64,000 nt of DNA from an uncultured Clostridia bacterium (GCA_947623285.1 CANQGP010000001.1:99384-163383), one strand, 5' to 3'. Shown: positions 1 to 11,664, counted from the first letter of the stretch. The notes: generated by a model from the letters alone, not told the origin. A program made the numbers and translations.

Positions 1-598
1 TTTCTTTTCTCTCGTATTCAAAAGGTGTTTGCTTATATCCAACCCAACTGAACAAACCTCTCAAAAATTTATTGTGTTCAGGCATTGCATTTACTGTATC
101 TACTACTTTTCTATCTACTAATCTAAAATCTCCTGTATCTTTTGGTATTTCTACATCTGATAATGCATTTAATGTTTTGTAAAACATTTTTGCAGTTAAT
201 AATTTAAATATTGATTCTCCTTCTCTTGATTTTCTTTTTCCGTAAATAACTTCATTACCATCTTCCCACAATTTTAGCATATCTGCTATTAACTCTGGTG
301 GATCTTGCATATCTGCATCCATAATTATTATAGCATCACCTGTTACGTATTTTAATCCAGCTGTTACTGCGGCTTGATGTCCAAAATTTCTGGAGAATGA
401 TATCACTTTTACACTTTTATCTTTATTTGCTATACCTTCTAATATTTCTAAAGTTTTATCTTTACTTCCGTCATTTACAAATATTATTTCATGTTCGTAA
501 TTTTTTATCTCTTGTAAACATTTTTTTACTCTATTGTAACATTCGTCTGCCACTTTTTCTTCATAGTACATTGGTATTACAACTGATATTTTTTTCAT
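1..598 (-). CDS. Glycosyltransferase family 2 (DPM1/GtrB-like polyprenyl-phosphate sugar transferase), 3' part cut by window edge
   Basis: Minus-strand frame is open to the left edge, so it has no stop and is absent from the ORF track. The ATG at 596-598 gives MKKISVVIPMYYEEKVADE. In-frame IIFVNDGSKD and GDAIIIMDADMQDP (DxD) motifs were read directly. Confidence 0.75.
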   Translation of the reverse strand, partial: MKKISVVIPMYYEEKVADECYNRVKKCLQEIKNYEHEIIFVNDGSKDKTLEILEGIANKDKSVKVISFSRNFGHQAAVTAGLKYVTGDAIIIMDADMQDPPELIADMLKLWEDGNEVIYGKRKSREGESIFKLLTAKMFYKTLNALSDVEIPKDTGDFRLVDRKVVDTVNAMPEHNKFLRGLFSWVGYKQTPFEYERKE

Positions 599-704
599 AT
601 ATTAATATACACCTCTCTTTGCTATCTTAATCCTCTTCTCTAAATTCATCTGTATATTTTATCATTTCTCAATATTTTAGACGTTTATATCATAACATTT
701 ATAA

Positions 705-731
705 CAAAAAAGTACAAGAGTTAACTTGTAC
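705..731 (-). terminator. Intrinsic terminator after the 806..3676 autolysin gene
   Basis: GTACAAG/CTTGTAC stem (712-718 / 725-731) followed on the minus strand by a T-run (plus-strand A-run 705-711). Confidence 0.6.
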
Positions 732-805
732 TTTTTATATTGTTATAAATAACAAAATTTTTATATACCTACAAACTAGGTTTTTATTTAATCTTCAATT
801 TTTCT

Positions 806-3676
806 TTATGTTGATGGTCTTGCACAAGGTGATGATGGCATATTTTCATAAACTGGAATTACAAAAGTAAAGTGACTTTCTAATAATCCATTATCTCTAA
901 AAGTTTTATACATTGAATATCCTTCATCATTTGCTGCTCTGATGTTTTGCATATATTGATGACTATAATTTTTATTTACTACATTATATTTTTGGAAATA
1001 CAATGTTGATTGTCCTACTGCTATATAATTTGTCTTTAAGAAAGATGCTCCACCTATTATTGATGCTTCAGGTGTAAACCAACCTCTATCATAAGCATAT
1101 TGTGCTCCTCTTACTAATCCACTACCATCATTTCCACTAACATTTATATTATATAGATTATATACTTTTGTTCCATTGTATGTATATCCATACATTGAAC
1201 CTCCGCCTTTTCCACATTCTTGCATTATCCTTGAAGCTATATGGAATGGACTAATACCATTTTGCTGCGCTGCTTGTAATATTGCATTTATACAACTTGG
1301 ATTATTTAAATATGAATATCCACTAACCATTTTTTGTATGTCACTATATGTACCAGATGATGAAGCTAAATCTTGGAATTGGAATATGTATCCATCAAAA
1401 CTATTACGTGGATCCATCATATATGCAATTGCTGCTCTTGTTGCTAAATACCAACTCTTTGATACATCATAACCTACATTACTCTTTCTCCAATTTCCTG
1501 TTGCTTGTGTTAAACTTCTCGTTCCTACTTCTTGTGCATCTAATGCTTCATCCCAAGTTATTCCAGTATAATATATTCTTATATTCCAATTTGGATGTGC
1601 ATTTTTTACTTGTTGTAATCCTGATTTGAATCCAGAATATCTTGCATCATCTAACATTGAAAAACTTTGGCTATCATTATATGATTTCTCAGTTTCTACG
1701 AACTTAAATAACTGTGCTTTTGTTCCATTTCCTTCCCATGTTTGCATTGGTGTTCCATTACTGATTTCTCCATTATAGATATCTAAATATAGTCCTCCAC
1801 ATTCTGAAACTATGTTATATGTTCCATCTTCCAAGTCTTTTATTTTCCATTTTTGTGCTTCATTACCATATTGTTCATATTGTTGTACTGGAGTTCCGTT
1901 TTCAGTTCCATAATCTTTAACATCCAATGCTTGTCCTGAGTGTACAGGGCTTATTGTATATGTTTTATCACTATTATATTTTACATTAAACTTTTGGCTA
2001 TTACTACTTATTCTATCTTGTACTTGTAATCTAGCTCCTAATTCTGTACTTTCATTAGCAATACCTAAAATTTCATCACTTGATGTTGTAGTTTGTATTT
2101 CATACATTCCATCATCAATTTCTTGATATTCAGTTTTTTCAAATGTAAATTTTTGTGCATCAGTTCCATTCAATTCCCACATTTGTATATTAGTACCATT
2201 TTCAGTTTTTCCATCATATATATCTAAACAAAGATTATTACATTTTGATATTATATTATATTGCTTAGTATTTCCTATTTCATGTATTATCCATTCTTGG
2301 GCATCGTTATTATCACGATATTCATACTGCTTTACATTTGTTCCTTTTACAGTTCCTCCATTATCAACATCTAATGACTTCTTAGAATGTACAGCTTTTA
2401 TTGAATAATATCCATCACCTAAATCTCTTATATGGAATTTTTGATTCTTCTTTTCACAATCTTCCCAAATCTGTACATTTTTTCCATCTTCCTTGCCTCC
2501 TTCTGAGACATCTATCACCATGTTATTTTTTGCAACTGATTTTATTTTATATGTTCCATCATCTATTGTATGCTGTGGTTTTATTTCTTCTGTATTAACA
2601 CTTGGCTCTGTTGATGGTTTAACACTCGGTTCTGTTGATGGTTCAGCACTTGGTTTTGTTATTTCCTCAAATTCAAATTTTTGTGCATCACTTTCATTAT
2701 CTTTGTACATTTGTACATTAGTTCCATTTGCACTTTCTCCTCCGTAAACATCCAAAGATAGTCCATTACATTTTGAAATTATTTTATATTTATTTGTTCC
2801 TGCTATCTTTTCTATTTTCCACTCTTGTGCATCTCCTCCTGTATCTAAATATTGCTTGACATTTGTTCCATTTTCTTTTCCTGCATTATTAACATCTAAT
2901 GAACAACCTGAATGTACCGCTAATATTTTATAATAACCATCTTTTAATTTCGTAACTTTAAACTGTTGTTGCTCTACATCACTATTTTGCCATATTTGTA
3001 CATTTGCTCCTGGCTCTTTAGATCCTTGATCAATATCTAAATACATATTTGAGCCAACTCCTACTTTTATTTTATATGTTCCATCTAAATCATCTTTATT
3101 AGGATCAGTACTTGGTTTTACTGATGGCTCTTTTGGTTGTTCTTGTCCTACTTTTTCAAGTACAAATTTTTGTGCCATATTACCGTCATTTTCATATACT
3201 TGTACGTTTGTACCATTATTTGATTCGGCATTTTGAACATCCAAATATTTTCCGCTTAATTTTGATACTATGTTACAATATCCGTTTTTTGCATCATCTT
3301 CTTTTATTAACCACTGCTGTGCATCTGTTCCATTGTTTTCATATTGCCATACATTTGCATTATTTTCTTTATCTGCGTTTTCTACATCTATAACTTTTCC
3401 TGAGTTTTTACTTTCTATTTTATAATATTGTTCATCTATTTTAGTAATTATAAATTCTTGTTGTGCTACATTACTTTTTTCCCAAATTTGTAAATTCGCA
3501 CCATTTTCCTTAGACCCAGCATCTATATCTAAATACATATTTGAGCCTACAGCTGCTCTTATTTTATATACCCCGCTAAAATCTTTTTTGACAGTGGTTG
3601 CTGTTGCCATTGGGATAAACATTCCTATTATTAATATGATTAGAATAAAAATACTAAAATATCTTTTGTTTTTCAT
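806..3676 (-). CDS. Secreted cell-wall hydrolase: multiple ricin-B (CBM13-like) lectin repeats plus C-terminal glucosaminidase/GH73-like domain
   Basis: 956-aa ORF with an N-terminal signal peptide (MKNKRYFSIFILIILIIGMFIPMATA). Repeated G-x-YLDV...NVQ.W....AQ(Q/E/K)(W/F) ricin QxW-type modules. The C-terminus has ISPFHIASRIMQECGKGG, typical of the LytD/Atl glucosaminidase fold. Confidence 0.75.
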   Translation of the reverse strand: MKNKRYFSIFILIILIIGMFIPMATATTVKKDFSGVYKIRAAVGSNMYLDIDAGSKENGANLQIWEKSNVAQQEFIITKIDEQYYKIESKNSGKVIDVENADKENNANVWQYENNGTDAQQWLIKEDDAKNGYCNIVSKLSGKYLDVQNAESNNGTNVQVYENDGNMAQKFVLEKVGQEQPKEPSVKPSTDPNKDDLDGTYKIKVGVGSNMYLDIDQGSKEPGANVQIWQNSDVEQQQFKVTKLKDGYYKILAVHSGCSLDVNNAGKENGTNVKQYLDTGGDAQEWKIEKIAGTNKYKIISKCNGLSLDVYGGESANGTNVQMYKDNESDAQKFEFEEITKPSAEPSTEPSVKPSTEPSVNTEEIKPQHTIDDGTYKIKSVAKNNMVIDVSEGGKEDGKNVQIWEDCEKKNQKFHIRDLGDGYYSIKAVHSKKSLDVDNGGTVKGTNVKQYEYRDNNDAQEWIIHEIGNTKQYNIISKCNNLCLDIYDGKTENGTNIQMWELNGTDAQKFTFEKTEYQEIDDGMYEIQTTTSSDEILGIANESTELGARLQVQDRISSNSQKFNVKYNSDKTYTISPVHSGQALDVKDYGTENGTPVQQYEQYGNEAQKWKIKDLEDGTYNIVSECGGLYLDIYNGEISNGTPMQTWEGNGTKAQLFKFVETEKSYNDSQSFSMLDDARYSGFKSGLQQVKNAHPNWNIRIYYTGITWDEALDAQEVGTRSLTQATGNWRKSNVGYDVSKSWYLATRAAIAYMMDPRNSFDGYIFQFQDLASSSGTYSDIQKMVSGYSYLNNPSCINAILQAAQQNGISPFHIASRIMQECGKGGGSMYGYTYNGTKVYNLYNINVSGNDGSGLVRGAQYAYDRGWFTPEASIIGGASFLKTNYIAVGQSTLYFQKYNVVNKNYSHQYMQNIRAANDEGYSMYKTFRDNGLLESHFTFVIPVYENMPSSPCARPST

Positions 3677-3700
3677 TTTTCTTCACTCCATTTATATATT

Positions 3701-6624
3701 TTACCACATTCTTTTATAAGCTATATCAATATCAACATCACCTATGACTCCATCTATTGAACCTCTAGATGAAACTTGCCATATATCATGATTTCCTAAG
3801 TATTTAAACATACTTTCTGGAACATTACCATTATTTCCTCCTAGCCATTCGTAATATCCGTATGATGCTACCCAAATAGAAACATCTGATGGAATTTGGT
3901 CTATATAAATTCCTACACCATCTTTATTCATTATCCAGTTTTTACTAGAGTATATTCCTGGTTTATAACCATAATTTCTCATTATATCGCAATATGTATT
4001 ACACATATCTGTTCTCATTTGAGTTGATAGTCCTCGTTGATTTGCATCTTCTATATCAAAAAATATTGGTAATTTAAAGTTATAATTTTTTGTTTTTAAA
4101 TAATCGACTAATGCTGATGTTTGTGTTCGAACTTCTTGAATAGTATCTGCATATGTATATACATATCCTCCTAGTGGAATACCTTGTTTCATTATATTTT
4201 CATAATAATTTTCAAATCTATTATCTATAATTAAATTTTCTTTTTCAGTTGTATATCCAATTCTTGTTATTGCAAAATCTGCTCTTCCTGATTCTTTTAA
4301 TGCTACATAATTTATGTCTCCATTCCATTGTGATATATCTATTCCAAAATATATTTCTTCAAATTTGAATTTTTCTGCTTTACTTCCATCCATTCCATAT
4401 AGCCATATATTAGTACCATTATTTGCATCACCATTATAAACATTCATATATAATCCATTTAATTTAGATTTTATATAATAATATCCATCTCCTGCATCTT
4501 CTATTATCCATTTTTGTGCATCTGATTCATTTTTATCATTTTGCCATACATTAGTTCTTGGTTCCATTCCACTATTTTCTACTTCTAAATTCATATGTGA
4601 ATGTACCACTTCAATATTATAGCAATTATCTTCAAGATGTATTAATTTAAATTTTTGTTGTAATACATTTGTACTGCTCCAAAGTTGTAAATTAGCTTTT
4701 GCAGCCTTAGAACCTCCATCTATATCAAAAGCTTTACAATCTATATTTTCTAAAGCTGATGTAATTCTATATGTTCCGTCAAATATTATTGGTTCTTGAT
4801 TCTCAACATATGGAATAAATTTAAACATCTGTCTAGATGGATTTTCGTTGTTTTTTTCATACATTTGAATGTTTGCACCTTCATTTGCTTTTCCATCTGC
4901 TACATCTAAATAAATTTTATTACATTTTGATATTATGTAATAGTAATCTTTTTCTTCTGATTCCTTTATAATCCATTTTTGTGCATCCCCATTGTTTTTT
5001 TTGTCTTGTTTTACATTTGTTCCATTTTCTTTTCCTGCATTATGTACGTCTAATGACTTTCCTGAATATGGTATTTCAATTGTATAATATCCATCTCCTA
5101 TATAATAAACTGAAAATACTTGTTGTTTTACATTTTGATTTCCCCACAAATGTACATTAGTGCTATCTGCGGTAGAACCTGCATCAACATCTAATACCAT
5201 ATTTTCATTAAGTGCTGATGCTATTTTATATTTTCCATTAGAAATTGTATAAATTGCCTCTACATCTTCAACTGGGTCAAACTCAAATTCTTGTGCTGCA
5301 GTGCCATTATATTCATATGTTTGTACATTGGTTCCATTAGAACTATATGCACCATACACGTCTAAACATAAATTATTACATTTTGATATTATATTATACT
5401 TCTTTACCTCTTGCCCGTTTTGTACTTTCAACTTCTTGTATTATCCATTGTTGTGCATCATTATTGTCACGATATTCATACTGTTTTACATTTGTTCCAT
5501 TTTCTTTTCCTGCATTATTCACATCTAATGATTTTCCTGAATGTAATGCTATTATTTTATAATAACCATTTTCTAAATATGTAACTTGAAACTTTTGTTG
5601 ATTTACATTATTAGATTCCCAAATTTGAGCATTGGCACCATCTGTCTTTTTTCCTCCGTCTATATCTAAGCACATATTTCTTCCTACATTGGCTCTTATT
5701 TTATATATTCCATCTGTAAGTGTTTTTTCTGCTTTCCATTCTTTTACTTCTTCAAAAACAAATTGTTGAGCAACAGTTCCGTTCCCTTGATACATTTGCA
5801 CATTAGTTCCATTTGAACTATATGCACCATACACGTCTAAACATAAATTATTACATTTTGATATTATATTATACTTCTTTACCTCTTGCCCGTTTTGTAC
5901 TTTCAACTTCTTGTATTATCCATTGTTGTGCTTCTGTATCATTGTTTTTATATTGCCATACATTTGCTCCATTATTTTTTCCTGCATCACAAACATCCAA
6001 CACTTTTCCTGAATGTAATGCTGTTATTGTATAATATCCCTGCTCATTATATGTAACTTGAAATTTTTGTTGCTCTACATTACTTTTCTGCCAAATCTGC
6101 AAATTTGCTCCATCATTTTTCTTTCCCCCATCTATATCAAGATACATATTTGAATTTATATTTGACCTTATTTTATATATACCATCACGAATAGTTCGTT
6201 CACCTTTTATAGAATTTGCTATTTGCTCTGGTTGTTCAATTTTTATATTTTCTGCATTTTCTTTTTCTTCTGTTGTTTCACTTTTTATTTCTTTTTTACC
6301 TTTTGTTTTATCATTTAAATTTGTATCTACTTTATTTTCTATATTGTCTGTTTGTTGACTTTCCTTTTTACTTTCTGTAGTAGTTGTATTAGATTTATTT
6401 TCTTTAATTTCTTGTTCGTTTTTTGATATGTTTGTATTGTTTTCTATTTCTGTTTTATTTTTAATTTCTATTTTGTTATCAATAGCTAAAACTACTGGTT
6501 CAACTAAGTTTATAAAAAAAATTATTAATACAAAAATACTTATATATTTTATCTTTTTCATTTTTTCCCATACTCCTAGTTTTATTTTCATCTTTATTAT
6601 ACATTTTCCAATAATTTTTTTCAA
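3701..6624 (-). pseudogene. Ricin-lectin / GH25 muramidase gene split into three ORFs by two identical +1 frameshifts
   Basis: ORF-track pieces are 5869..6624 (signal peptide, K/E/N-rich linker, ricin repeat), 5394..5906 (ricin repeats) and 3701..5431 (ricin repeats plus GIDISQWNGDINY... GH25 lysozyme domain). Both junctions read ...AQQWIIQEVESTKRARGKEV* in frame 0, while the lectin repeat continues as KVQNGQEVKKYNIISKCNN in the +1 frame. Confidence 0.7.
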
Positions 6625-6644
6625 TAGTTTTTACGTAAATACTT

Positions 6645-8051
6645 TTAGTATATTATCACATTTGTTCCATTTTCATATAAATTTATATAAAACACAAATG
6701 ATAATATAATTAGACCTATTAATAATACATACTTTAATTTACTATTTTTTTTGTCTAATGTTTTGAATAATTTTATGCTTAATATAGAACTAATAAGAAC
6801 TAATATCAAGTCTGTTGTCATAAAAACTCTATTTCCTGATACATAAAGAGTTGGACTAAAGCTCATAACAAGTGCTGAGCATATACTTGCCAAATAAAGT
6901 ATCGCTACTATAATACCTGTTTTTTTTGTTTTGAAAACATAAATAAGTTGACCTGCAATTATTCCTAATACTACACTACTAGAAATTAATTGTTTTAATA
7001 CATCACTACTATATATAGTATTTATACTAAATTTTTCAAAATTGAAAAATATATTATTAATCAATCCGTCTATATCTGCTCCTGAGATTCTTCCTAATAT
7101 TTGATTAAACGGAAATATCTTAATTACAACGTATGCTATTGGTATTAACGCAATAACTTTGTTTATTTTTTTTGTTTTTTTATCTATGATTATAAAGTAA
7201 GATGATATTAATGCTATTATTGAAATTAATATAGTCGAATCATTTATTATATGTTTAGCTGTTTGTATATAACCTTGTATTAATTTATCTGATAATGTAA
7301 GTGTGCTAAAACTAGGATACCATTTTAGCTCTTCTGCATAACTTCTTGCTGAATTTCCTGGCGCTAACAGATTAATTAATGATAATATTACAATAATTAT
7401 ATAATGTGCTATTAGTAGCTTACTAATTTTTCTTTTTTCAACTTTGCACCATAAAATTGTTATAAATCCAAATGCAACTAATATAGCTGCTGTTTGTTCT
7501 GCAAATGCTGCAAATATATTTGCTATAATCGCAAATATATAATATTGTTTTCCTATTTGCTTATTTTTCAATTCACTAATAAATGGAATTATAGCCACTA
7601 ACATCATAGCTACTGGCCAAAAATAATTCATTGCTCCTGCAACCCATAATGCTCCACTATTAATAACTGGAATACTTATAAAAAAGGTAATTGCAAAAAT
7701 TATAGTTAACAATATATTATTATATTCTTTTTTCCATTTATCAAAAAGTAATGTTGTTATTTTATATATTGATAATAATGTAATTATAAACATAATTACA
7801 TTTGATATTTTAAACATTATTGTTGGTAGATTAACAAATACATTTATTAATGCTGTTAAGGTAATTCTTCCACTCCATTGCACATAAAATTCACTTATCC
7901 ACTTTATACATGTTGGAATACTATTAAATGCTTCTTGATATATTTTATCATCCAAAGTTATAAGTCCTTTATTTAATACAAAAAAGCAAATCGCAAATAT
8001 AATTATTAAAAAAGTTGTTGGGTTAATTATTTTTTTTACTGTTTTATTCAC
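6645..8051 (-). CDS. Polytopic membrane protein, candidate GT-C-type glycosyltransferase
   Basis: 468-aa ORF with more than 10 predicted hydrophobic helices. It overlaps the upstream ORF by 8 nt and lies next to a polyprenyl-P sugar GT2 and a small flippase-like gene. Confidence 0.45.
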   Translation of the reverse strand: MNKTVKKIINPTTFLIIIFAICFFVLNKGLITLDDKIYQEAFNSIPTCIKWISEFYVQWSGRITLTALINVFVNLPTIMFKISNVIMFIITLLSIYKITTLLFDKWKKEYNNILLTIIFAITFFISIPVINSGALWVAGAMNYFWPVAMMLVAIIPFISELKNKQIGKQYYIFAIIANIFAAFAEQTAAILVAFGFITILWCKVEKRKISKLLIAHYIIIVILSLINLLAPGNSARSYAEELKWYPSFSTLTLSDKLIQGYIQTAKHIINDSTILISIIALISSYFIIIDKKTKKINKVIALIPIAYVVIKIFPFNQILGRISGADIDGLINNIFFNFEKFSINTIYSSDVLKQLISSSVVLGIIAGQLIYVFKTKKTGIIVAILYLASICSALVMSFSPTLYVSGNRVFMTTDLILVLISSILSIKLFKTLDKKNSKLKYVLLIGLIILSFVFYINLYENGTNVIIY

Positions 8052-8517
8052 TTTGACCTCCTACATACTTATACAATATATGTTCTTCTTCATCATATAA
8101 CATAATTTCACAATTTTCTAATAAATAATTTGTTCTAACAGCTCCTGTTAAAACTATTTTATTATCTACTGTTCCTTGTGACAAAGTTTTTATTCTATAA
8201 TATTTGTCTTCTACTTTCATAATTATACTGCAATTAATTTTTCGTGCAGTTCCTTTTCCTATAATATAATTGTTATATTCCTTTTCTGGAATATATTTTT
8301 CATCTACTTTGCAAGTTATTTGTTTCTTTTTCATATTTATATCTTCTATTTGAAAATTTGATTGTTCAAGTTCTTTTGTTTCATCTATTTGTATATCTAC
8401 TTTTTTAGGAATTGTTGAACTATACTGATAATAAACAAAAAATATAGTTAATATTATAAAAATGCTTATAACTATATGAAATAGTTCTATTTTTCCTACC
8501 ATTTCTTTTATTTTCAT
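8044..8517 (-). CDS. Hypothetical membrane-anchored protein
   Basis: 157-aa ORF with AGGAGG 6 nt upstream of the ATG, a single N-terminal TM helix, and translational overlap with the downstream gene. Confidence 0.5.
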   Translation of the reverse strand: MKIKEMVGKIELFHIVISIFIILTIFFVYYQYSSTIPKKVDIQIDETKELEQSNFQIEDINMKKKQITCKVDEKYIPEKEYNNYIIGKGTARKINCSIIMKVEDKYYRIKTLSQGTVDNKIVLTGAVRTNYLLENCEIMLYDEEEHILYKYVGGQSE

Positions 8518-8538
8518 AATTTCCTCCTAGGTTTTAAA

Positions 8539-8892
8539 TCAAGCATGTTTCCAATTCATAACTATAATTCCTATTATAACTAGGCTTGCTCCTATTATAC
8601 CTTGTGTACTAATATTTTCATTAAATATAACTTTTGATGCAATAAGTGTTAATACTTGTACAATTCCTGTACATAATGGCATTATATAGCTTAAATCAAA
8701 CATTACAACTAATCTTGTAAATAATAGAAAACTACCAAGATAACATATAAAACCTGCTAAGCTTATTAAACTTATTCCAAAATTCATATTTCCGTTTTCA
8801 AAGGCTAAACTTCCTGGATTTCCACCTTTTTTCATTAATATTAATCCTGATAATGTTAATATTAAATAAATTATTACTAATACTATTTGCAT
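8539..8892 (-). CDS. Small 4-TM DMT/SMR-type protein, candidate polyprenyl-phosphate-sugar flippase (ArnE/F- or GtrA-like role)
   Basis: The ORF is 8539..8928. The internal ATG at 8892 has AGGAG about 10 nt upstream, whereas the first ATG sits only 2 nt after its AGGAGG. About 117 aa with four hydrophobic helices, located directly downstream of the GtrB-like GT2. Confidence 0.5.
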   Translation of the reverse strand: MQIVLVIIYLILTLSGLILMKKGGNPGSLAFENGNMNFGISLISLAGFICYLGSFLLFTRLVVMFDLSYIMPLCTGIVQVLTLIASKVIFNENISTQGIIGASLVIIGIIVMNWKHA

Positions 8893-8969
8893 AACTTCTT
8901 TACTCCTTTTTTCCATTTTTGCTATCATTCCCTCCTAGGTTTAAATCTAGTTAAATTTATATATGCTTT

Positions 8970-9911
8970 TTATTTATTAGACTTTTCAGTTTCTTTCACA
9001 ATATATATTGGTCTCTTCTTTACTTCTAAATATGTTTTTGATAAATATTGTCCAATTATTCCTAATGAGAACAACTGTATACCACTAACCATTAAAATAA
9101 TACATACCATTGAAGGCCAACCACTTGTTGGATCTCCTAATACTAATGTTTTTACTATTACCACTATTATTAAAATAAATGCAATTAAACAAATTAATAA
9201 TCCTATTATTGAAGACATTACTAGTGGCGCTGTTGAAAATGCTGTTATTCCTTCTAAAGCATACTTAAATAATTTCCAAAAAGACCATTTAGTCTCTCCT
9301 GCAACTCTTTCTACATTTTCATATTCTATCCACTTTGTTTCAAATCCTACAAAACTTGTTATTCCTTTTGAATACCTGTTATATTCTTTCATAGAAATTA
9401 TTGCATCTACAACTTGTCTTGTTATTAATCTATAATCTCTTGCACCATCTACCATATCTATATCAGACATTTTATTAATTATTTTATAAAACATTCTTGC
9501 AAAGAAACTTCTTAACTTAGGTTCTCCTTTTCTTGTAACTCTTCTTGTTCCCACACAATCATAATTTTCTTTTTTTATAGTATCATACATTTGTCGTAAT
9601 AAAGAAGGTGGGTCTTGCAAGTCAGCATCCATAAGTGTTACATAATTTCCTTCTGCCGCTTCTAATCCTGCAAACATTGCCGCTTCTTTCCCAAAATTTC
9701 TAGAAAAGGATATATAACGTACTTTTTTATCTTTTTTTCTTAATTCTTTTATCTCATCTAATGTTTTATCTTTTGAACCATCATTTACAAAAATATATTC
9801 AAAATCTACGTCTTTAAAATCTTGCTTTCTTACTCTTTCCATCTCTTCATAAAATAATGGTAATGCTTTTTCTTCATTGTAACATGATATTACTACAGAT
9901 ATTTTTTCCAT
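8970..9911 (-). CDS. Polyprenyl-phosphate glycosyltransferase (GT2, GtrB/CsbB/ArnC-like)
   Basis: 313 aa. Contains ISVVISCYNEE, FVNDGSKDKT, MDADLQDPP (DxD) and two C-terminal TM helices, which is the typical GtrB architecture. Confidence 0.85.
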   Translation of the reverse strand: MEKISVVISCYNEEKALPLFYEEMERVRKQDFKDVDFEYIFVNDGSKDKTLDEIKELRKKDKKVRYISFSRNFGKEAAMFAGLEAAEGNYVTLMDADLQDPPSLLRQMYDTIKKENYDCVGTRRVTRKGEPKLRSFFARMFYKIINKMSDIDMVDGARDYRLITRQVVDAIISMKEYNRYSKGITSFVGFETKWIEYENVERVAGETKWSFWKLFKYALEGITAFSTAPLVMSSIIGLLICLIAFILIIVVIVKTLVLGDPTSGWPSMVCIILMVSGIQLFSLGIIGQYLSKTYLEVKKRPIYIVKETEKSNK

Positions 9912-9958
9912 ATTTTTACCCTCTCTAAAATTTATATTTATTTTTCTGTTAGAAATGA

Positions 9959-11653
9959 TTATTTTGATTTTTCATTTATTTCTTCTTTTTCTTGTTTTGT
10001 TTCTAAGAATGGTATTATAAATGACATTGGAATTTCTAACACTAATATGTATACATATCTTAAACTAAATGCAAGTGGTGCTGCAATCATTATTGTTGCC
10101 CACGTTAAAAGCGCTGGTAAATATATTAATAAATTTTTATATTTCTTTTTATATATAGTAATCAAAGCGCTAAATAATGTTATAAATAAAAATACAGCTG
10201 AACTTATATACACTTCTGGTGTGATTATCTTTCTTACAGATTTTCCTGTTACTTTTTTAACATAATCTGTTTGCTCTACAACCTCTCCTTTAAATACTTC
10301 TACACTATCAGCCCAATTCCACATTTGTGGATTTACATATGCATCTTTAGTTGCTTTATTAATATCCCAAAATCCTAATGTATTTAGTAAATATGCCTTT
10401 ACATATGAAGTAGGATTTTGAATTAATCCTTCCAACCACACTTTCATAAACTCTGCCTTATGTTCTTGTAAAAATTCATTATTAAATTCTGGATGCCACT
10501 TTACAGGATCTACTAAGCATGGATTATAACTCTGTTTTATTATATCAATATTTAATATATTGTTTATAAATTCTTTTTGTTCATCTGTCAAATTTCCATC
10601 TTCTTTTGCTGCTACATAACATAATTGTTGAAGTGGAACTCCTAAACTTTCAACTGTTTTACCTGTCAATCCTAAAAGTTTATAAACTGGTCCTTGAATA
10701 ATAAGAATCGCTATCATTACTGCTATTGAAACTATACTAAACATTTTCTTCCTGTAAACTAAAATCATAATTGCCGTAGTTGCTATTATTATATAAGTTC
10801 CATTGTTTCTTAAAAAAGAAACTAATATTATTAATATTGAATGAATTATTAATGCACTCTTTTTGGTTTCCAAATTTCTACCATTTTGATATACACTCTC
10901 TGCTATAAATATGGTATATAAAAACAAAGCTAAACTAAAAGGTGTATCCTTCCAAATAGAAATTGCATACATTGGAATCAATCTACATATTCCATAAAAT
11001 AATGTTACCAATACTAAATATTTTTTTGATATATTTTTCTTATACATCCAATATACAGACCCTGATAGTATTGCATCCATTATTAAAACTTGAAAAACTG
11101 TAAACAATCCTACTCCTGTTGTATAAGAGCTTATTTTAGCACCACAAACTAGAAAAGCTTTTATGCATAATGTATATAATATTGGGTTATTGTTATTTAT
11201 TACTTTATCATGTATAACTTCTCTAATTGTTGTAACTGTATCTCCATATAATCCTCCTGGAAAGTATGACAAAATAGTTGGAAGCCAACAAATTAGTATA
11301 ATCCCAAATATTATAAAAAACACTTTTATATTTTTACTTTTTCTTTCTTTTTTTGTATATATTGTTTTTTCTAATTTATCTATTACATATTCCAATAATG
11401 TTATAATTATATATGTTCCAATTAATACTCCAAAAAATATTAAAACATTTTTTATCTGTATTTTTTGAAAATATGTTGTGTTTATATTTGTATCAATCGT
11501 TCCCGGAAATACTAGTAGGCTATCTAAAGTTATTACAACTGCAAATATAAAAGAAAAGATTATTTTACTAGTAAAATAAATTTTATCATTACATTTCAAT
11601 CTTTCTAAAATCTTATGTGTTTTTAAATTCATTTCTTGCGTTTCTCCTCTCAA
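9959..11653 (-). CDS. Large polytopic membrane protein, candidate GT-C glycosyltransferase
   Basis: 564-aa ORF with many TM helices and a soluble loop near the C-terminus. It is adjacent to the GtrB-like GT2. The start codon is uncertain (M1 or M8). Confidence 0.45.
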   Translation of the reverse strand: MRGETQEMNLKTHKILERLKCNDKIYFTSKIIFSFIFAVVITLDSLLVFPGTIDTNINTTYFQKIQIKNVLIFFGVLIGTYIIITLLEYVIDKLEKTIYTKKERKSKNIKVFFIIFGIILICWLPTILSYFPGGLYGDTVTTIREVIHDKVINNNNPILYTLCIKAFLVCGAKISSYTTGVGLFTVFQVLIMDAILSGSVYWMYKKNISKKYLVLVTLFYGICRLIPMYAISIWKDTPFSLALFLYTIFIAESVYQNGRNLETKKSALIIHSILIILVSFLRNNGTYIIIATTAIMILVYRKKMFSIVSIAVMIAILIIQGPVYKLLGLTGKTVESLGVPLQQLCYVAAKEDGNLTDEQKEFINNILNIDIIKQSYNPCLVDPVKWHPEFNNEFLQEHKAEFMKVWLEGLIQNPTSYVKAYLLNTLGFWDINKATKDAYVNPQMWNWADSVEVFKGEVVEQTDYVKKVTGKSVRKIITPEVYISSAVFLFITLFSALITIYKKKYKNLLIYLPALLTWATIMIAAPLAFSLRYVYILVLEIPMSFIIPFLETKQEKEEINEKSK

Positions 11654-11664
11654 AATATAAATTT

